A DNA stretch of 63,432 nt, filler included, from Reclinomonas americana ATCC 50394 (lineage: Eukaryota), in NCBI GenBank assembly GCA_048213135.1. It is 5 parts of 3 records of this genome, joined end to end, with 100 filler letters (N's around TTAATTAATTAA, not from the genome) between each part and the next. Parts side by side here need not be neighbours in the genome. Positions count along the whole stretch, not along the records: positions 1 to 26,439 come from PS015607.1; 4 more parts are not named here. One strand, 5' to 3'. Below are positions 1 through 13,938 of this stretch, piece by piece. The notes beneath the pieces were generated by a model. That model had not been told where the DNA came from. It saw nothing but the letters and a program-made list of their open reading frames with translations, and did not search any database. Position 1 is the first letter of the stretch. Every line of letters starts with the position of its first letter. The position numbers were made by a program, and so were the translations under genes.

Positions 1-29
1 CTCTCTCTCTCTCTCTGATCCACCCACAG

Positions 30-3000
30 CTGACTGCGCGGCAACGTGTGACGATCGTGGCCAACAACAAGGAGCGCTACGAGGTGGAGCCTTCGGTGTT
101 TGAGGTGCTCGGTGGCGAGTCACACGACTTTGAGATCAGATTACGCATGCTGCAGGCACCGCGACAGGAGAAGAGTCTCTACAAGGGTATCGCACACAGT
201 CGCTCCATCGCCCCAATGGAAGCAGAGAGTGCTCATGCATTGTTCATCACAGATCATTTCCAGGTCAAGCTCGGTGCTGGCGAGGTGATGGGACTGTCGG
301 CCACGTTTCGCGTCGCCGCCGCCACCGAGTCGACCAAGGTTCTCTGTGTGTGCGAGAGCAGTAGAATGTATTGTCACTTGTCACGATCGCTCACCGCTGT
401 GTGGCGTGTAGCATCGATCGGAGACGGAGCGGCTGCATCGACAAGTGCAGCGACTGACTGACGAGATTGGCCGACGCGATCGTCAGCTGCAGGATCAGGA
501 GTCGTTGCTGGCGCAGAAGCAGGAGCGACTGGATCGGTTGGCCGAGGTCAATCAGGATCTGCAGTTGCAGCAGCAACATCATCAGCAGCAATCGGTGTGT
601 TGCTCGGCGTCGCTGCGTGGTTGATGCGTCGGCTTCTCATCGCTTGTCGTAGGTGGCGGAGGCCGAGGCCGCCAATGCTGCCGAGTTGCGTATTCTGCGT
701 GAACGTCTCGATCAGACCATGGTGGATGCGGAGACGTACCGAGAACAGCTGGAGACGGTGACGGTGGTGCACGAGGAGATGCAGCGACAGTTGCAGGCCA
801 CTCATCCCGACGTTGACCGCCTGGTGGAGCTGTCGTTGCAGCGCGAGCGACAAGATATGGAACGCAAGAGTCGCCAGGTGCTGGAGATTCTCAAGGCGCA
901 CGATCGCACCATTGAGACGCTGCGAACGGACGTGGCCACCAAAGAGGAGCAGCTTGCACGCGAGTCCGAACGGGTGCACCGCTTGGAGGAGATGCTGGAG
1001 CAGTCGCAGCGACGAGTCGAAGTGCGTCGCTGTCGTTGTCATAGGCGTGAGCGTTTGTGTGGTGATGGTGGTGGAGGCTGACGTGCACGCACGTGTGACG
1101 CAGGCGGTGCTGCAGGCTAAAGTCGAGGAGTCGAAGCACTGGGAGCAACTGCTGGCGCAGCGGGAGCGCGAGGTGCAGCAGCTTACAACGCAGTTGGCGC
1201 AAGCACAACGAGAGGTTCTCGTTCTCAGTGGCGAAACCGGCGAAGGCGACGATGATCCGTGCGTCTAACCTTTTTTGGCGTCCTTGCATCCGAGTTGCTC
1301 ATCTCGACAACACACAGAGCGTCCGGCGCCGGTCCCAGTGGCATCAATGTGCACGACTCGATGCGACAGCTCCGCAAGCGACTCACCGAGTGCGAGCGGG
1401 AGAATGCAGCCATGCAACGGGAGCTGTCGATCCGGCAGACTCGCATCTCGCAGCTGGAGTCGCAGGAGGCGGATTTGTTGACGCGTTTGGAACGACAGGC
1501 GAAGGAGTGGAGCGCCACAGCTGCAGAAGCTGCCGCCACCAAGGACATTCGCATTCAGCAGCTGGAGGAGCGCCTGCGTGGACAGAATGGACAGGTGCGT
1601 AGTTTATGCGGGAAGAGGAAGTATTTTGTACAGCAAATCTGATGTGTGCGCGCACAGGTCGACGAATTGCTGGCGCAGCTGAGTGAGAGTGAGCGCAAAC
1701 TGGAGCAGTTCCAGACGCAGTATTCGTCGCACTTCCAGAGCGACTACATCCATCAGCTGGAGCAGCAACTCGGCAACGAGGCTGATCGGAGGAAGCGCAT
1801 GGTGACGACGATGCGCAGCACTCTCGACGCCATCGACATGTACTGTGAACAGCTTGAGGTACGTGTGCGTGTGTGCACACGATGCTCTGCTGACTTGCAA
1901 ACCCCCCACCTTACACGTTGATGGCGCAGAAATCGCGCAAGGGAGCACGAGCACGCCCACCCTCATCGCGTGATCCGAGTCCAACCGCCGCTGCCAGTGA
2001 CAAGTGCGTTTGACGACAAACTGGGCGTGTGTGTGTGTGTCATGTGCGCGTTCATCAAGCTGACCTGTCGACACAGGAGTGCCATGGGCACGCTCGTTCG
2101 TGCACGTCGTGTGCTCTTTGATGCACTGCAACAAGACGACGGAAGCGCAGGTGGCAAGACTGAAGACAGCAGCAGCGCTGCCGCCGCAGCCGCAGCTCCG
2201 CCGCCGCAGACCGCACAACCCGCCCCACTGGTGCCGAGTACGCGCTCCACCTCTACATCGCCACTACCGCAGCCGCCAGCGCCAGCTCCACCAATGGCGA
2301 GGAGACCACCACCGTCGACGACAGAACAAGATGGCGTCGTTGATCAGCAGCGTCGTGAAATCCACACGTTGCGCATGCGCATCGGGCAGCTGGAGGCCGA
2401 GCTGGCCGACAGACCGGCGGCACCACCGGCTCATCTCAGTGCCTCCACGGGATCACTGCCCAGCAGTCGACGGCGCGTGGCGTTCCACGACGCAGCCGCC
2501 GCCGCCAACAGCGATGATGAGGGTGAGTGTGTGGTTGCATTCCAACTCGAAAGCCATTCGAATGATCCTGAACGGGTGGCGGGGACTTGAGTAGGCGCCA
2601 CCGTGCGAGCAGCGTCTCTCCAGCGCACAGTCGACCGCCTGCAGACGGAGTTGTCGCTGGTGCAACTCAGCGAGCAGCGAGCCGTGCAGAAACTCACAGA
2701 GGTGGAGAGCGAGTTGGAGGAGATGCGACGCTCACGCAACCGAATCGCCGGTCTGCACCATGTGGGTGCCTCTGCCGACGGTCGTCATGCTGGTGAGTCA
2801 ATTTCAGTGGGGTGCAGCAGCAACAGGTGGTCTCACGCGTGCGTGCGTCATGCAGACGACATTGATAACCACCTGGCGGTGCGTGTCGGCGAGCTGGATG
2901 TGGCACGCGGCGAGCTGAGTGACACCGTCGGTCGTTTGCGCCGCGAACTGGAAGGACGGGTGCGACAGGTTGGTGATTGTGGCCAGTAGCAGACCGTCTC

Positions 3001-6000
3001 GTGCACGCGAACCGTGTGCTCACAGTGCGATAGCTGCGCGAGATTCACGAGCAGCTGACTGCCAGTCGTCTGGCACACCACCGTGAGCGACTGGTGCTGC
3101 AGCAGGCGTTGGAGGACAAGGAGCATGAAGCCGACGAGCTGAGACATGAGGTGCGCAAAGCGCGCGAGTTTGGCGAGGTGAAGATCAAGATTCTGGAGGA
3201 CTCGGTGGCCAAGCTTGCTAAGCGCGGTGACGCCGAGCGTCGACTGGCCGAGCGAAATGACGAGATGTTTAGGTGTGTGTGTGTGTGTTGTGAGAAAAAG
3301 CCAGACAACTCATGCGTGTGAGTGTCGTGCTCATTGTCGTGTGTCTGTCTATAGGCTTGCACTCTCAGAGGCGCAACACAAGCGCGAGGCTCAGGAGCAA
3401 CGCGTTCGTGCCTCCAAATTGGACGACATGCTCGGGGAGCGGAATCGACGGATCGCAGACCTGGAGACACAGCTCATCCAGCAGTCGGGCACCTCACTGC
3501 CGGTATGTGTGTGTCTCTGAACGTATGGGTTTCCATGTTCGATCTCGCTTATTTGTGGTCATCGTAGCCTGTAATCGTGGACTCGCACGATGGCATCTCG
3601 CAGTCTGGCAAAGGCAGCAAACGCAACGGCTCGACCGCGCCGCAGGTCTTCACCCTTTGTTGTTGTTCTTGTCTCTGTTGCCTTGCACTTTGTGGCTCAT
3701 TGTCGCATACAATCAGCAGCAACATCAGCAGCAGCAGCAGCAGGAGCAACAACAGACGCAAATCATCTCGACGCTGTCGGCGCAAGTGCAGTCGCAGAAG
3801 GAAGAGATTCGACGACTGCGGGAGGAGTTGCAGGAGCGGCCGTTGCCGCCACTACCGCCAGTGTTAACAATGGTGGCACCGGTGGCGGACTCGGGAGCCC
3901 AAATGCGCAGCCTGTCGCTGGAGATGGAGTGCAACTCGTATCGCGAAAAGCTGCGTTTGTACGAAGACGAGGCCGCGCAGACGGCACAGCGCATGGCCAC
4001 CCTGCAGAAGCAAGTGGGGCGGCAAAAGGAGGAGATGCATCGCAAGTACATGGCCGAGATGAGCGAGCACATTGCCGAGATCCACGGTCTGCGCCAGTCG
4101 CTGTCGTCGGCACAGCAGTACAGCGAGCAGGCAAGTCCACCTCACCTTGTGTGCCGATTGATCGTCTCTCACAAAATCAGCCGCAGGTTCAACTGGAGCT
4201 GAATCGAGTGCGCACCGACAAGCTCTGCCTGTCCGATCAGTTGTCGCAGCGGGATCAGTTGGTGCACTCGCTGAAAGAGGAGACTGCACGACTGGCGGCA
4301 CTGGCCGACGAAAGGTTAGCGTTTCGTTGTGTCTGCATCGACTCGTCGCCTCTGGTCGCTCACACGACGACAAAGGTGCCAACGAGCCGACGCTGATGCA
4401 CGGCGCGCGGCAGCCGAGTCCGACAGACTGGCGCACGAAGTCGAAGAGAAGAAAGTGCAGTTGCAGGTGATGGCCGAGAGCCTGCAGTCGCTGGAGAATC
4501 GCAGCACCTTGCGCATGGATCATCACGGCTCGGCGTTGCGTGTCTGCCGTGGTCTCTCTGCGAATCACACATCACCTCACCCTTGACTTACAGCGATGGG
4601 CTGAGTGATGCCGCGAAGGAGCGCGTCTTGGTGCTGACGGCCAAGTTGCAGAGCCTCATCGCCAGCGACTTTGTGCAACAGCGGCGTGTCGCAGAGCTCA
4701 CCAACCGAGTGGCGGAACTGTCGCGCGCCCCGCCGCCGAGTGGCGGTGCCGATTTGCATGCGGTCCAGCTGATCTCGCAGTCGCAGGCGGAGAACGAAGT
4801 GTTGCGCAAGCAAGTCAGCATGTTGAAGGGCGAGGTTCGCAGTCTGCAGGAGCAGGTCGAGGAGACCGAGCGCGAGCGGCAACAGACACGCGAGGCGCTC
4901 GAGAGCTTGCGCACCGATGCCGTGAGGTACTGTGGGAGTGTGACCAGGAGGAGAATGCGTACACGCGAGAAGCTCATCATGTGTCGTACAGGGTGGCCAG
5001 CGAGCGTCGTGCGTGCGAGGAGCGGCTGCGAGCGCAGCGGCAAGAGTTTGCCGAGAGCCTCCAACGGCACCGCTCGGAGCTCAACTCCAAACTGCGCACG
5101 GCCCACGAACGTATGGTGGCCCGCGAGCGAGAAGTACTGCTGTGGGTCGACCAGCACACTGCGCATGCGAGTGACAGCGACGGCAATGGTGCGCATGGTG
5201 GTGATGTGAGTCCCACACGGCGTGCAGGGGGTCGCCAGGGTCGCTCGCACAGTGCAAGCGCCGTACATCGTCGGAGTCGGTCGGCAGATGGTCGTACGGC
5301 TACGTTGGCGAGTGGCGATGTTGGTGGCGGTGACGAAGCACCGGTCGGTGATGCACATGTCAAGCTGTGGACCGCCATTCGCAGCACACGGCAGGTGCCT
5401 GTCGTCGACTGTTGCATGGCACTTATTCCATGGTTGCCGTACTGACCGTGTGCATCTCGCCAGCTGCTGATGGATGTCACAGCGCGGTTGACAGTCTTGT
5501 CAAGGAACGACGATGCTGGTGCACCGGCGCTGGTACGTTGTCGACTTTGGATGAAATAAGTCGGCGCGACGCTGCGTTTGACTCACACACACGCACGTCG
5601 CAGGAGAGTCTCGAGGACCTCAAATCGTACATGCGGTCAATATGTGGCAAGCTCGAGTTGGCACTGATTCAACACACGCTGAGGTGAGATCTCCTTCAAT
5701 CTTTGTTGACATGCAGACACTGGCTAACGTGCTCGGCAGTGAGCGCTTCCTCGAGCCGCGAATCACCGAACTTAATAATGAGTTGACCGAGCGCGATACC
5801 GAGGTGCAAATGTGGCGAGACAGATGTACAGTAGCCGAGCGCAGCACCACCACATGCGAGGTGAGTTTATTCTCACCCCCTTGTTGATTCTTTTTTCTCA
5901 CTCTTCGCCCGTGGCGCAACGCAGGCCGAGTATCGTGCCATGCTGCAGTCGCACACCGATCATGTGGCACTGGAGAATGGACTGTTCCGCGGTCAAATCA

Positions 6001-9000
6001 AGTCGCTCATGGATGAATTGCAGCGCACCAATGAGCAAGCACTGCGTGTCCACGAAGAGCACATTCGGTGCGCGGCAGCCATGTGTTCTGTGCACTGCGG
6101 TGTCATTCGACGCTCACGCTTGCATGTTGCGCACAGACTGACGCACGCCAACACGCTGCTGACGGTGCGCATTCGGGAGTTGGAGATCCATCTCGGCAAG
6201 GTGCAGAGCGAGGCCCTGGAGCACGGGCACCAGGTAAACAGCGACGCATTGCAGCAGGCACGGAGATTCTGGGAGACGGAGCTGGACTCGCTAAAGACCT
6301 ACTTTGAGGAGGAGATTCTCAAGGTGTGTCGCACATGGGCCAGCTTCCGTGAGCGTCGCTCACTCCCTCCATTCCCACAGACGGTGCTGGTGGAGTCGAG
6401 GCAACCGGTTCTGTCATTAACGCGGGAACTGTGGTCGCAAAAGATTGTCGAAAGCAACCTGCTGTTGGAGCTGGAACTGGCGCAGAAGCGACGGGATGCG
6501 GTGACGGTGCAGTTGGAATCGCAGGCCAGGGTGAACCGATCGTTGTTGGATCGCCTGCAGGAGGCCGAGGTGCTGTCGAGCACTTCGCCGACAGCGGCGT
6601 CGGTCACGGGTTCGGATAGCACGGTGTTTGGACAGTCGCTCGCCGCGTCGCTGTCACGCAAGACAGAACAGTTGGTGGCCATGGAGAAGGAGCTGCAGGA
6701 AGAGCGGCTGCTGGTGAGAAGGTTGGAGAGTGATTTGCACATGTTGCAAACGCGCGCCGAGCGAGACCTGCATGCTGCGCGCACGACGGCACAGTTGGAG
6801 ACTTCGGGAAAGCACACAGAGTGGGAGAAGCGTCTCAGTACTGTGGAGGCGGAAAACGAGCGTCTGCACGCGGAGATTCTCAGATTACACGAGGAGCACG
6901 GGCACGAACTCATCGCAGTGCGGAAGCGCCTGAAGGAGGCGTACGAGAAGGTTCGTGCGGCGTGTGTGTGTGTGCGAAGGGCTCGTCGTCCATGCTCACC
7001 GGCATGTGTGCAGGAGGTGCTGGAGCTGGTGGACAAGTCGCGGCACATGAAGGTGGAGCACGACGAGGTGGTGCGGCAGTTGGAGGAGGTCAATGCGGCA
7101 GAGTCGTCGCGTCAGGCCGCATCGCAACAGCGAAAGGCATCATCGACGGCGGCAGCGAGTCCCGACGCCGTCAAGCAGCAGCGTTTGATCCGGCTGCGAG
7201 CCGACGACTTGGTCGCCGAGATTGAGACGCGCGATCGCATTATTGAGGATTTGCAAAAGACGGTGGAACGACTGGCCAGTGTCGACCACGACGAGGAGGG
7301 CGGACGGGGGAGGAGCGCCAGTCCCACTGGATTCATGTCGCTGACAGTGTCATCGCGTGGCAAGCAGCGTCGGTGAGTGAGAGTATGCGAGAGTGCCTGC
7401 GTCGGATGGCGATGCTGACTGCAGCTTCTGCCCCCTGTAGTGTGCATGGTCGCCCGGTGGAGGGTGCTGCGTCAGCGACTGCCGCAGCACCGCCAGCCGG
7501 TGGTGGAACTGGTGCCGCAGGTCCAACAACCGCTGCCGCCGCCCTCTCGCGTCACGTCTCGCAGCTCACTCGTGAGCTCGTGCGTGCCAAGGTTGCGTAC
7601 AACTGAACCAAGCGCACGTCCGATTCTTGATTCCGAATGATTGCTGACCGACGCCGGTGTGGTGTCGCAGACTGAGCGACAAGAGGCCATTTCACGCATG
7701 CGCGTGGCGCTACGAGCCGAGCTGGAAGTGCGTGAGCGCCTCTCGGCATTACGACTGCAATCCATTAGCCGCAGTGGCACGACCGCGGAAGCGCAAAGTG
7801 GTCCTCGGCGGCGCGACGAGTTGGCCGTGCGAAATGCGGAGCTCGAAGCAGAGGTGAACCATCTGCGTGGCATGTTGGCGCGTGCGCAGCTGCAAGTGAC
7901 GCTTGGCGACGACGGGCATGTGGCCTCACAGATGGTTCCGTGCTCTACATGTCTCACCAGTGTTGACTGTTGTATGTGCACTGACGCTTGCTGGTGCCCT
8001 CCAGCGCGCGAATGGCGACACGGCCTCTCAGTCGGTGCTGGATGCGGTGCGTTGTAACTGCGCTGCGCGTTTGAGTTCATGTGTGTCGCGAAGCTCACTG
8101 GCCCTCATAATGATGCAGCACTTTGTGTTGCAACACGGAGCACTTCCGTCGGCCGCACCGGCGCAGACGGGGGCAGGCGTTGTGCGCGACCACAGTGAGG
8201 TGGACACAGTGTTGACTCGCATCGAGCACTCGCTATCGTCGCTGAGCAGCGCACTGGCGATCCGCCAACACGGCGCCGACGATGACGCTGCCTCTGCGGC
8301 GGCGAATGACGATGCGGGACCGGCAGATGAGGTCCGACCGGCCGAGGTGGCTCGCATTCGCAAGTTGCGTTCACGCACATGTTTCATCGCGTGAAGGGAG
8401 GTCGCCTTACCGATTTTTTCATTTGGAGCAGGCTCTTTGATGACTGCATGCAGACATACATTAGCGAGTTGCACCGTCGACTGCGAGTGGCCGCCGACGT
8501 GTCGCAACACGCTGGAATCTCATTACCCAGGTTCCGAACGTCACTACGCGTTTCTGCGCTTTTTTTCTGTTCCTCTGAGCCCTCCTGAACAGCACCGCCA
8601 GCGATCTGGTGCAGGAGCGTCGCGCCGTGTGGGAGGGCATGTTGGAACTCACACAGCGCATGTCATCGCACGCCGGTTCGCTGATCTCCAAGGCACAAGC
8701 GCTTCGCAAGCATCTTCGTCCCGAAGATGCGTCAGCACGCGACGCACTCGCCGACATGTCGGGAGTCGAGTCGATGGCACAACTGTTGCAGCAAGAGGTG
8801 CAGTCTTGCGGTCGGTGCGTGTTTTTTTGTCGTGGCACTCATGCAACGTTGCACTGCAGCTGCAAGACGTGGCCAAGATGCAAGGCTATCAGGTCGGCTT
8901 GTGCAATGTAGACGCGCAATTTGGTGGTGGTGCTGCGTCGGCCGCGGCATCAGATCGGTGAGTGCCTGTGTGTTGTTTGTCGCCTTCTTATTCCAATTGT

Positions 9001-12000
9001 GGGTGACCGGGCCATGCCATGTGCTGCAGCGAGCCGGTGGTGTTGACGTTGAAACAGCAAGTCGTCGACTTGCAGTCGGAGCTGAGTCGCCGCGGTGAGG
9101 AGACTGCACTGGATCAGCTGCGTCAGCGCGTTGAGCGTGAGAGTCTGGAGGAGCGCGTACGCCTTCTCGCACAAGCACAAGAGGCAAGTGTGTGTCTGTC
9201 TCAGAAGCTATGCTGTGCGACCGCTTCCGCCCATTGATTGGTGCGTGCCTCACAGCAACTTCGACAACGCTACGATGCACTGCGTGAGAAGTTGCGCGAC
9301 GAACGGCGCCAGCACAGTGAGAGTCGCAAGCTGGCCGACAAGGTGCAGCGGCAGCTTGTCGAGACGCAGTCGGCAAAGGACGATGCGGAGCGTCGACTCC
9401 AACAAGCACGCACCACCACCACTCGTCGTGAGTCCTCCTCGGCGGCGGCGGCACGCACTGGTGGTGAGTCAGGCGAGTGTGTGTGCGCGCGCGTGTCCAT
9501 GCGGCATGCTGACGCGTGTCTGCAGGCGATGCTGAACGTGACAGACGCTTGCGTGAGGCGGAGGCGCAAGTGGCTGCGCAGAGACAACGCGCGGATCAGG
9601 TGCAGGAGGAGTTGCGATCGGAGGTCGAACGGCTGCGGCACGAGCTGGAGAGTGTGCGGGTGCGTTGTCGACGGCTATTCCCTCCCACGCACATGTTTTC
9701 GATGACGTAGACTAATGTGCGAGTGTGCTTTGCAGGAGCAACACCAGACCAAGTGCGACGAGCTGGCGCAGTGCACGCAAGAGCGCGATTCGGCACGCCG
9801 TCAACTCGGCGAATCGCTGGCTGCACTCACCAGCAAGGCGCCCTCTGTGCCGCCATCGCCGGCGCCAGTGCCCCAGGTCCATGACGATGCGTTGCGGCAT
9901 TGGCGGGAGCGCTGCCGGTTGTTGGAGAGTGATGTGGAGCGAGCGCGGGAGGAGGCAGCGGAGAAGGATGACGAGGTGCAGAAGCTCACCGATCTGTGTG
10001 CTCGAGCCGACTCGGAGATTTCACAAATGCGCGGCGAGATGCGACGGGCTATGGAGGAGGTGGCGTGCTGTGTTTGCGCTCTGCAAGGGAAAAAAACGCC
10101 TTCCTCATTGTCCGTTATGTGTGTGCAGCATGCCTCCATGCTGACGGATTACCGACAGCAACTCGAGGATGCGACCGCCGAGTGCGAGCGTTTGCGGGAA
10201 CAGCAGCATCGACATGGTGGTGAGCGCGGATATGTGCGTCACATTCAAGCACAGCTGGAGCAGCAACAGGAGCGATTCAGACAGCAGCTGGAGGATCAAC
10301 GCCGCTTGTTGGAGGAGCACGCGCAGCCAGTGGTGCACGCAGAACGCGAGCTGTCGCCAAATGGATCGGTGAGGCTGTCAGCGTCGTCGCTCTTTTCACA
10401 CAGTTACCGTGATTGACTGGGCGCTGTGCAGTTGGCCGACGTACAGGAGGAGTTTGCGGCATATCGTAGGGCTCACGATGCCATGGCGGAGATGTACGAA
10501 GCCGAGATCGAACAGCTGCGCGAGCAGATGAACGTGGTGTGTTCGCACAGAAACACGAGCGTGCTGCATCTGTCCTCGAGTCTCACTCCGTTATCAGCTG
10601 CTGCGTGAGCGACGAGCTGCCGGCGCCCCCATTGTGGCTCGTGTGGCCCGCCCAGTGGGACGCAAATTTGCACCCCTGCATTCGCGCAAGCGGCACCCGC
10701 CGCATGCGCACGTCGCTGTCATTCCCGAAGGCGAGGAGTCGTCTTTCCCGTCCATTTCCAGTCTGTCGCCATCGCAACCGTCGTCGTCGTCGTCTAATGC
10801 GTCGGCGGCGGCCATGGTTCCGCCGCTGGCCTTGCCAAGGCACGAATCGGCAGCTACCACGACTGGTTTCGCCTCCGATGTTGCGGACAGCAAGTGGTTG
10901 CAGTTGGTATGTGTGATACGCTGCTTACACACTTTCGTTGCAGTCGGCATACAAGGACTGGATGATTGAGCGGCTAAAGGAGGACGTGACCGAGTTGCGC
11001 AAGCAACTGCGCAAGCTCCAACCAAAGGCAAGCCTTGTGTGCCGAGCGTTTGAGGTTGCGTGTAATGTCGCTTATGTGTGTTGTGCAGCGGAAGAAGGGT
11101 GCAGCGGCTGTCCGCATTGCCGGAGCCAGCGAGGGTGGCGTGCCGGCCTACGCGCCGTTCCAGTGGCGCACCGAGAAGCGCAACCTGCAGATCGAGTTGG
11201 AGATTGCCGCCGACCGACTGCGAGAGAGCGAAAACCGCGTGCTGGAGCACAAGCGGACGATCGACACGCTGAATCGGCGCATCCGTGAGCTGATGCGAGA
11301 CCTCACCGCCGCCAGTCGGTGAGATCTCTCTCTCTTCTCTCTCCACGTGTGCTGGTGAAGAAGGAGCAATGTCTGACCAAACGCTGCAGGGAACGCGAGG
11401 CCGCTGCGGCTGCGAGCTCACGTCAGCAGCAGTTGCGCAAGAGCAAGCGATTGCACCCTCATGTCATGTACAATTGTCTCAACTCATGATGTTCTGTTGG
11501 CAGGCTGGATGACCTCGCCGCACGCACGAAACAGCAACGAGAGGAGGTGCAGCGAAAGAATCGACAACTCAGCGCCATGAAGCACTCGGTGGAGGACATG
11601 GTGAGGATGAAGCATGCAAGAAAGCGTTGTCTTTTTCTCACGCAGTGGTCTCCTGCAGGAGGAGAAGAGTGCATTGCTGCAGCAGAAGCTCATGGTGGCG
11701 GAGGAGCGCAACAAGCGGCTCGAGGGCGACATCCTGCGCAAGGTTACGCCTCGGTGTGCTCGCTCGTGCTGCTGATAGTGCCTGTCGCCCTCATCACTCT
11801 CGTGCAGGATAATTTGATACGCGAACTGCGCGCCCGCGAGGAGCGTGCGCATGGCGATGTGGATGCCGCGCAGCAGCAGGCCCAGAAACTGCGGTGAGCC
11901 GTTTCTATTTACTCCCGGCCTCCCCGTCCTTGCGTCACTCACGTGCACGTGGGTGTTCTTGTTTTTTCCTTTGTAGAGAGGAGGGCGGCAAGCGCGACAA

Positions 12001-12997
12001 GATCATCAAGGAGCTGTCGCGGCGCGCACAAGTGCAAAAGCAAGAGAGTGACGAGCTGGTTCGACTGCATGGCGAGCTGGAAAAGGTGGTCCGTCAACAG
12101 CGCGACGAGATCGCCTCGATGAGCTCGCGCCTGCAGTCGTTGGCCACGGAGCGCGCCGAACTGCACGATCAGTACGAGGCGCTGAAGGAGCTCGTGCACG
12201 CTCTCGGCCTCGAACAGTTCCGTTGCCTGGAGCGTCTGCAGGCCGCCACCAGCCTTCTCGACGGCGGTGTTGGCGCGGCACCGACGGCGTCGGGAGTGGG
12301 CGGCGACCTGTACCGCAGTGCCGAATCGCTGTCCATGTCGGTGCGTCGCCGCCAGAAGCGCTTCTTGTCCTCTCGCAGCGGTGTATGCTCACACACACGT
12401 ACTGGTGCGAACGCACAGCTGCTTGACTTCAACCCGGGAGAGCTGCACGATTTCTTGACGCCGGGCGCCGGTGGACGACGCGCCGGTGGCGGTGGTGCGC
12501 AGTCGTCGGCACTGAGCGACAAGTACCAGACGCTGCGCAGCCAGTTCCTCGACTCGATGCGCCAGAATCATGCACGCACACTGGGTGCGGCACTGACGCA
12601 GGCCGTCGAGGAGCGCGTGCACCTGGAGACGGAGCACGCACGACGGCTGGCGGCACAACCATCACGCGAGGAGCAAGCCGAGAAGCGACGACAGCTGCAG
12701 GTGCTGCAGGACTACGAGCAAGCGGTGCTCTCCATCAAGCAGCAGATTCGCTTGGAGCAGTCGCAGCACGAGGCGCGCGTCGCCACGTACGAGAACCAGG
12801 TGTCGGAGCTGACGCAAAAAGTGCGCATCTACGAGCAAACCGTGGCACGGCTGCAGCAGCAGCTGACGGCGGCACTCACCGCCCCAGCCGCCACTCGCCG
12901 GGATCTAATGGCGGGGAGCAGCAGCAGAGGAGGAGAAAGAGGAAGAGGAGGAGGAGACGAAGGCGACAGCGATTTCGATCTGCCGTCGCCACTGTGA
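30..12997 (+). CDS. Very large multi-exon coiled-coil protein with an MSP/ASH (PapD-like) domain near the N-terminus; 5'-partial; possibly centrosomal/ciliary
   Basis: About 45-50 short GT/GC-AG introns join E/Q/R/L-rich heptad exons in frame to TGA at 12995-12997 (one junction near 5630-5716 unresolved). First exons give the beta-rich VTIVANNKERYEVEPSVFEVLGGESHDFEIRL...YKDHFQVKL, resembling MSP domains. No orthologue recognised. Confidence 0.75.
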
Positions 12998-13081
12998 TGA
13001 TGGTGATAACGAATGACGATGAATGACTATAATAATGAATGAATGAGCTCTAATCGCAGTTGTGCACATGCTGCAGCATCC

Positions 13082-13596
13082 TCACACACGCTCAGTGCGC
13101 ACCGAGAGCAAGTGCTTGACCTGTGCCTGCAAAGTGAGCGCGACACACACGCAGTCAGTCACACAGAAGAGAGCAGCGTGCCTTGCTCAGTTTGCCAATG
13201 ATCTCGCGTGTCGCCGGCAACACCCTCTCCTGCTGCAACTTGTGCAGACGTAGCGATCGCACGGTTGACCGCACGGCCTCCGTGTTGCCAATGGGACTGC
13301 AGGAGAGAGAGAAGAGAGAGAGAGAGAGAGAAGAAGAAGAAGAGAGGTGAGAATGACAGAGAATTGCAAGAGAGAGTGTGTGAGTGGAGAGAGTGTGCGT
13401 GAGTGGAGAGAGAGTGTGTGTGCGAGTGTGGAGAGAAAGAGAGAGAGAGAAGAAGAAGAAAGAAGAGAGGGTGAGGGAGAGTGTGTGTGTGCATTGAGTA
13501 CATTGAGTGCGTCTTCTGCGTCATTCTCCTTTCTCTCTCTCACACACATGTTCACCTCTTGACCAGCTTCACAAAGAGAATCGTGCCACCGCTCAT
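13082..13596 (-). CDS. MRPL30: Mitochondrial (bacterial-type) ribosomal protein uL30, 64 aa, 3 exons
   Basis: Exons 13596-13556, 13296-13182 and 13120-13082 (second intron GC-AG) give MSGGTILFVKLVKSPIGNTEAVRSTVRSLRLHKLQQERVLPATREIIGKLSKVKHLLSVRTERV. This matches the L30 pattern (LxKSxIG...L.L.K......G...KV.HL). Not recovered as one ORF in the track. Confidence 0.88.
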
Positions 13597-13938
13597 CGCC
13601 AACACCAAAATCAACAACAAGTCGATGTCGACCGTCGCGCGCGTCGTCCTGTCACTCCTGTCCACGCTCTCGTGCGCGCTCGCTCACCTGCATGAGCGTC
13701 TCCTTTGTCAACGCCGAGCGTCACGGCGGCGCCACCTTCTCCCCCTGGCGACGATTCAGCGCGCCCGGTTACCGCGCACTGCAATACACCGCCAGCAACA
13801 CGCACGCCAGCTCGGCGGTCTCGTCGATCCTGGCCGGGCAGGTGAGGGTGGTGGCCGTGGAGAGTGGCGATGGTGGAGGCAGTGGGCTGCTGCAGCAGGA
13901 GCAGGGAGGAGAGGGATCGGCGGGACTGGTGCTTCGGC

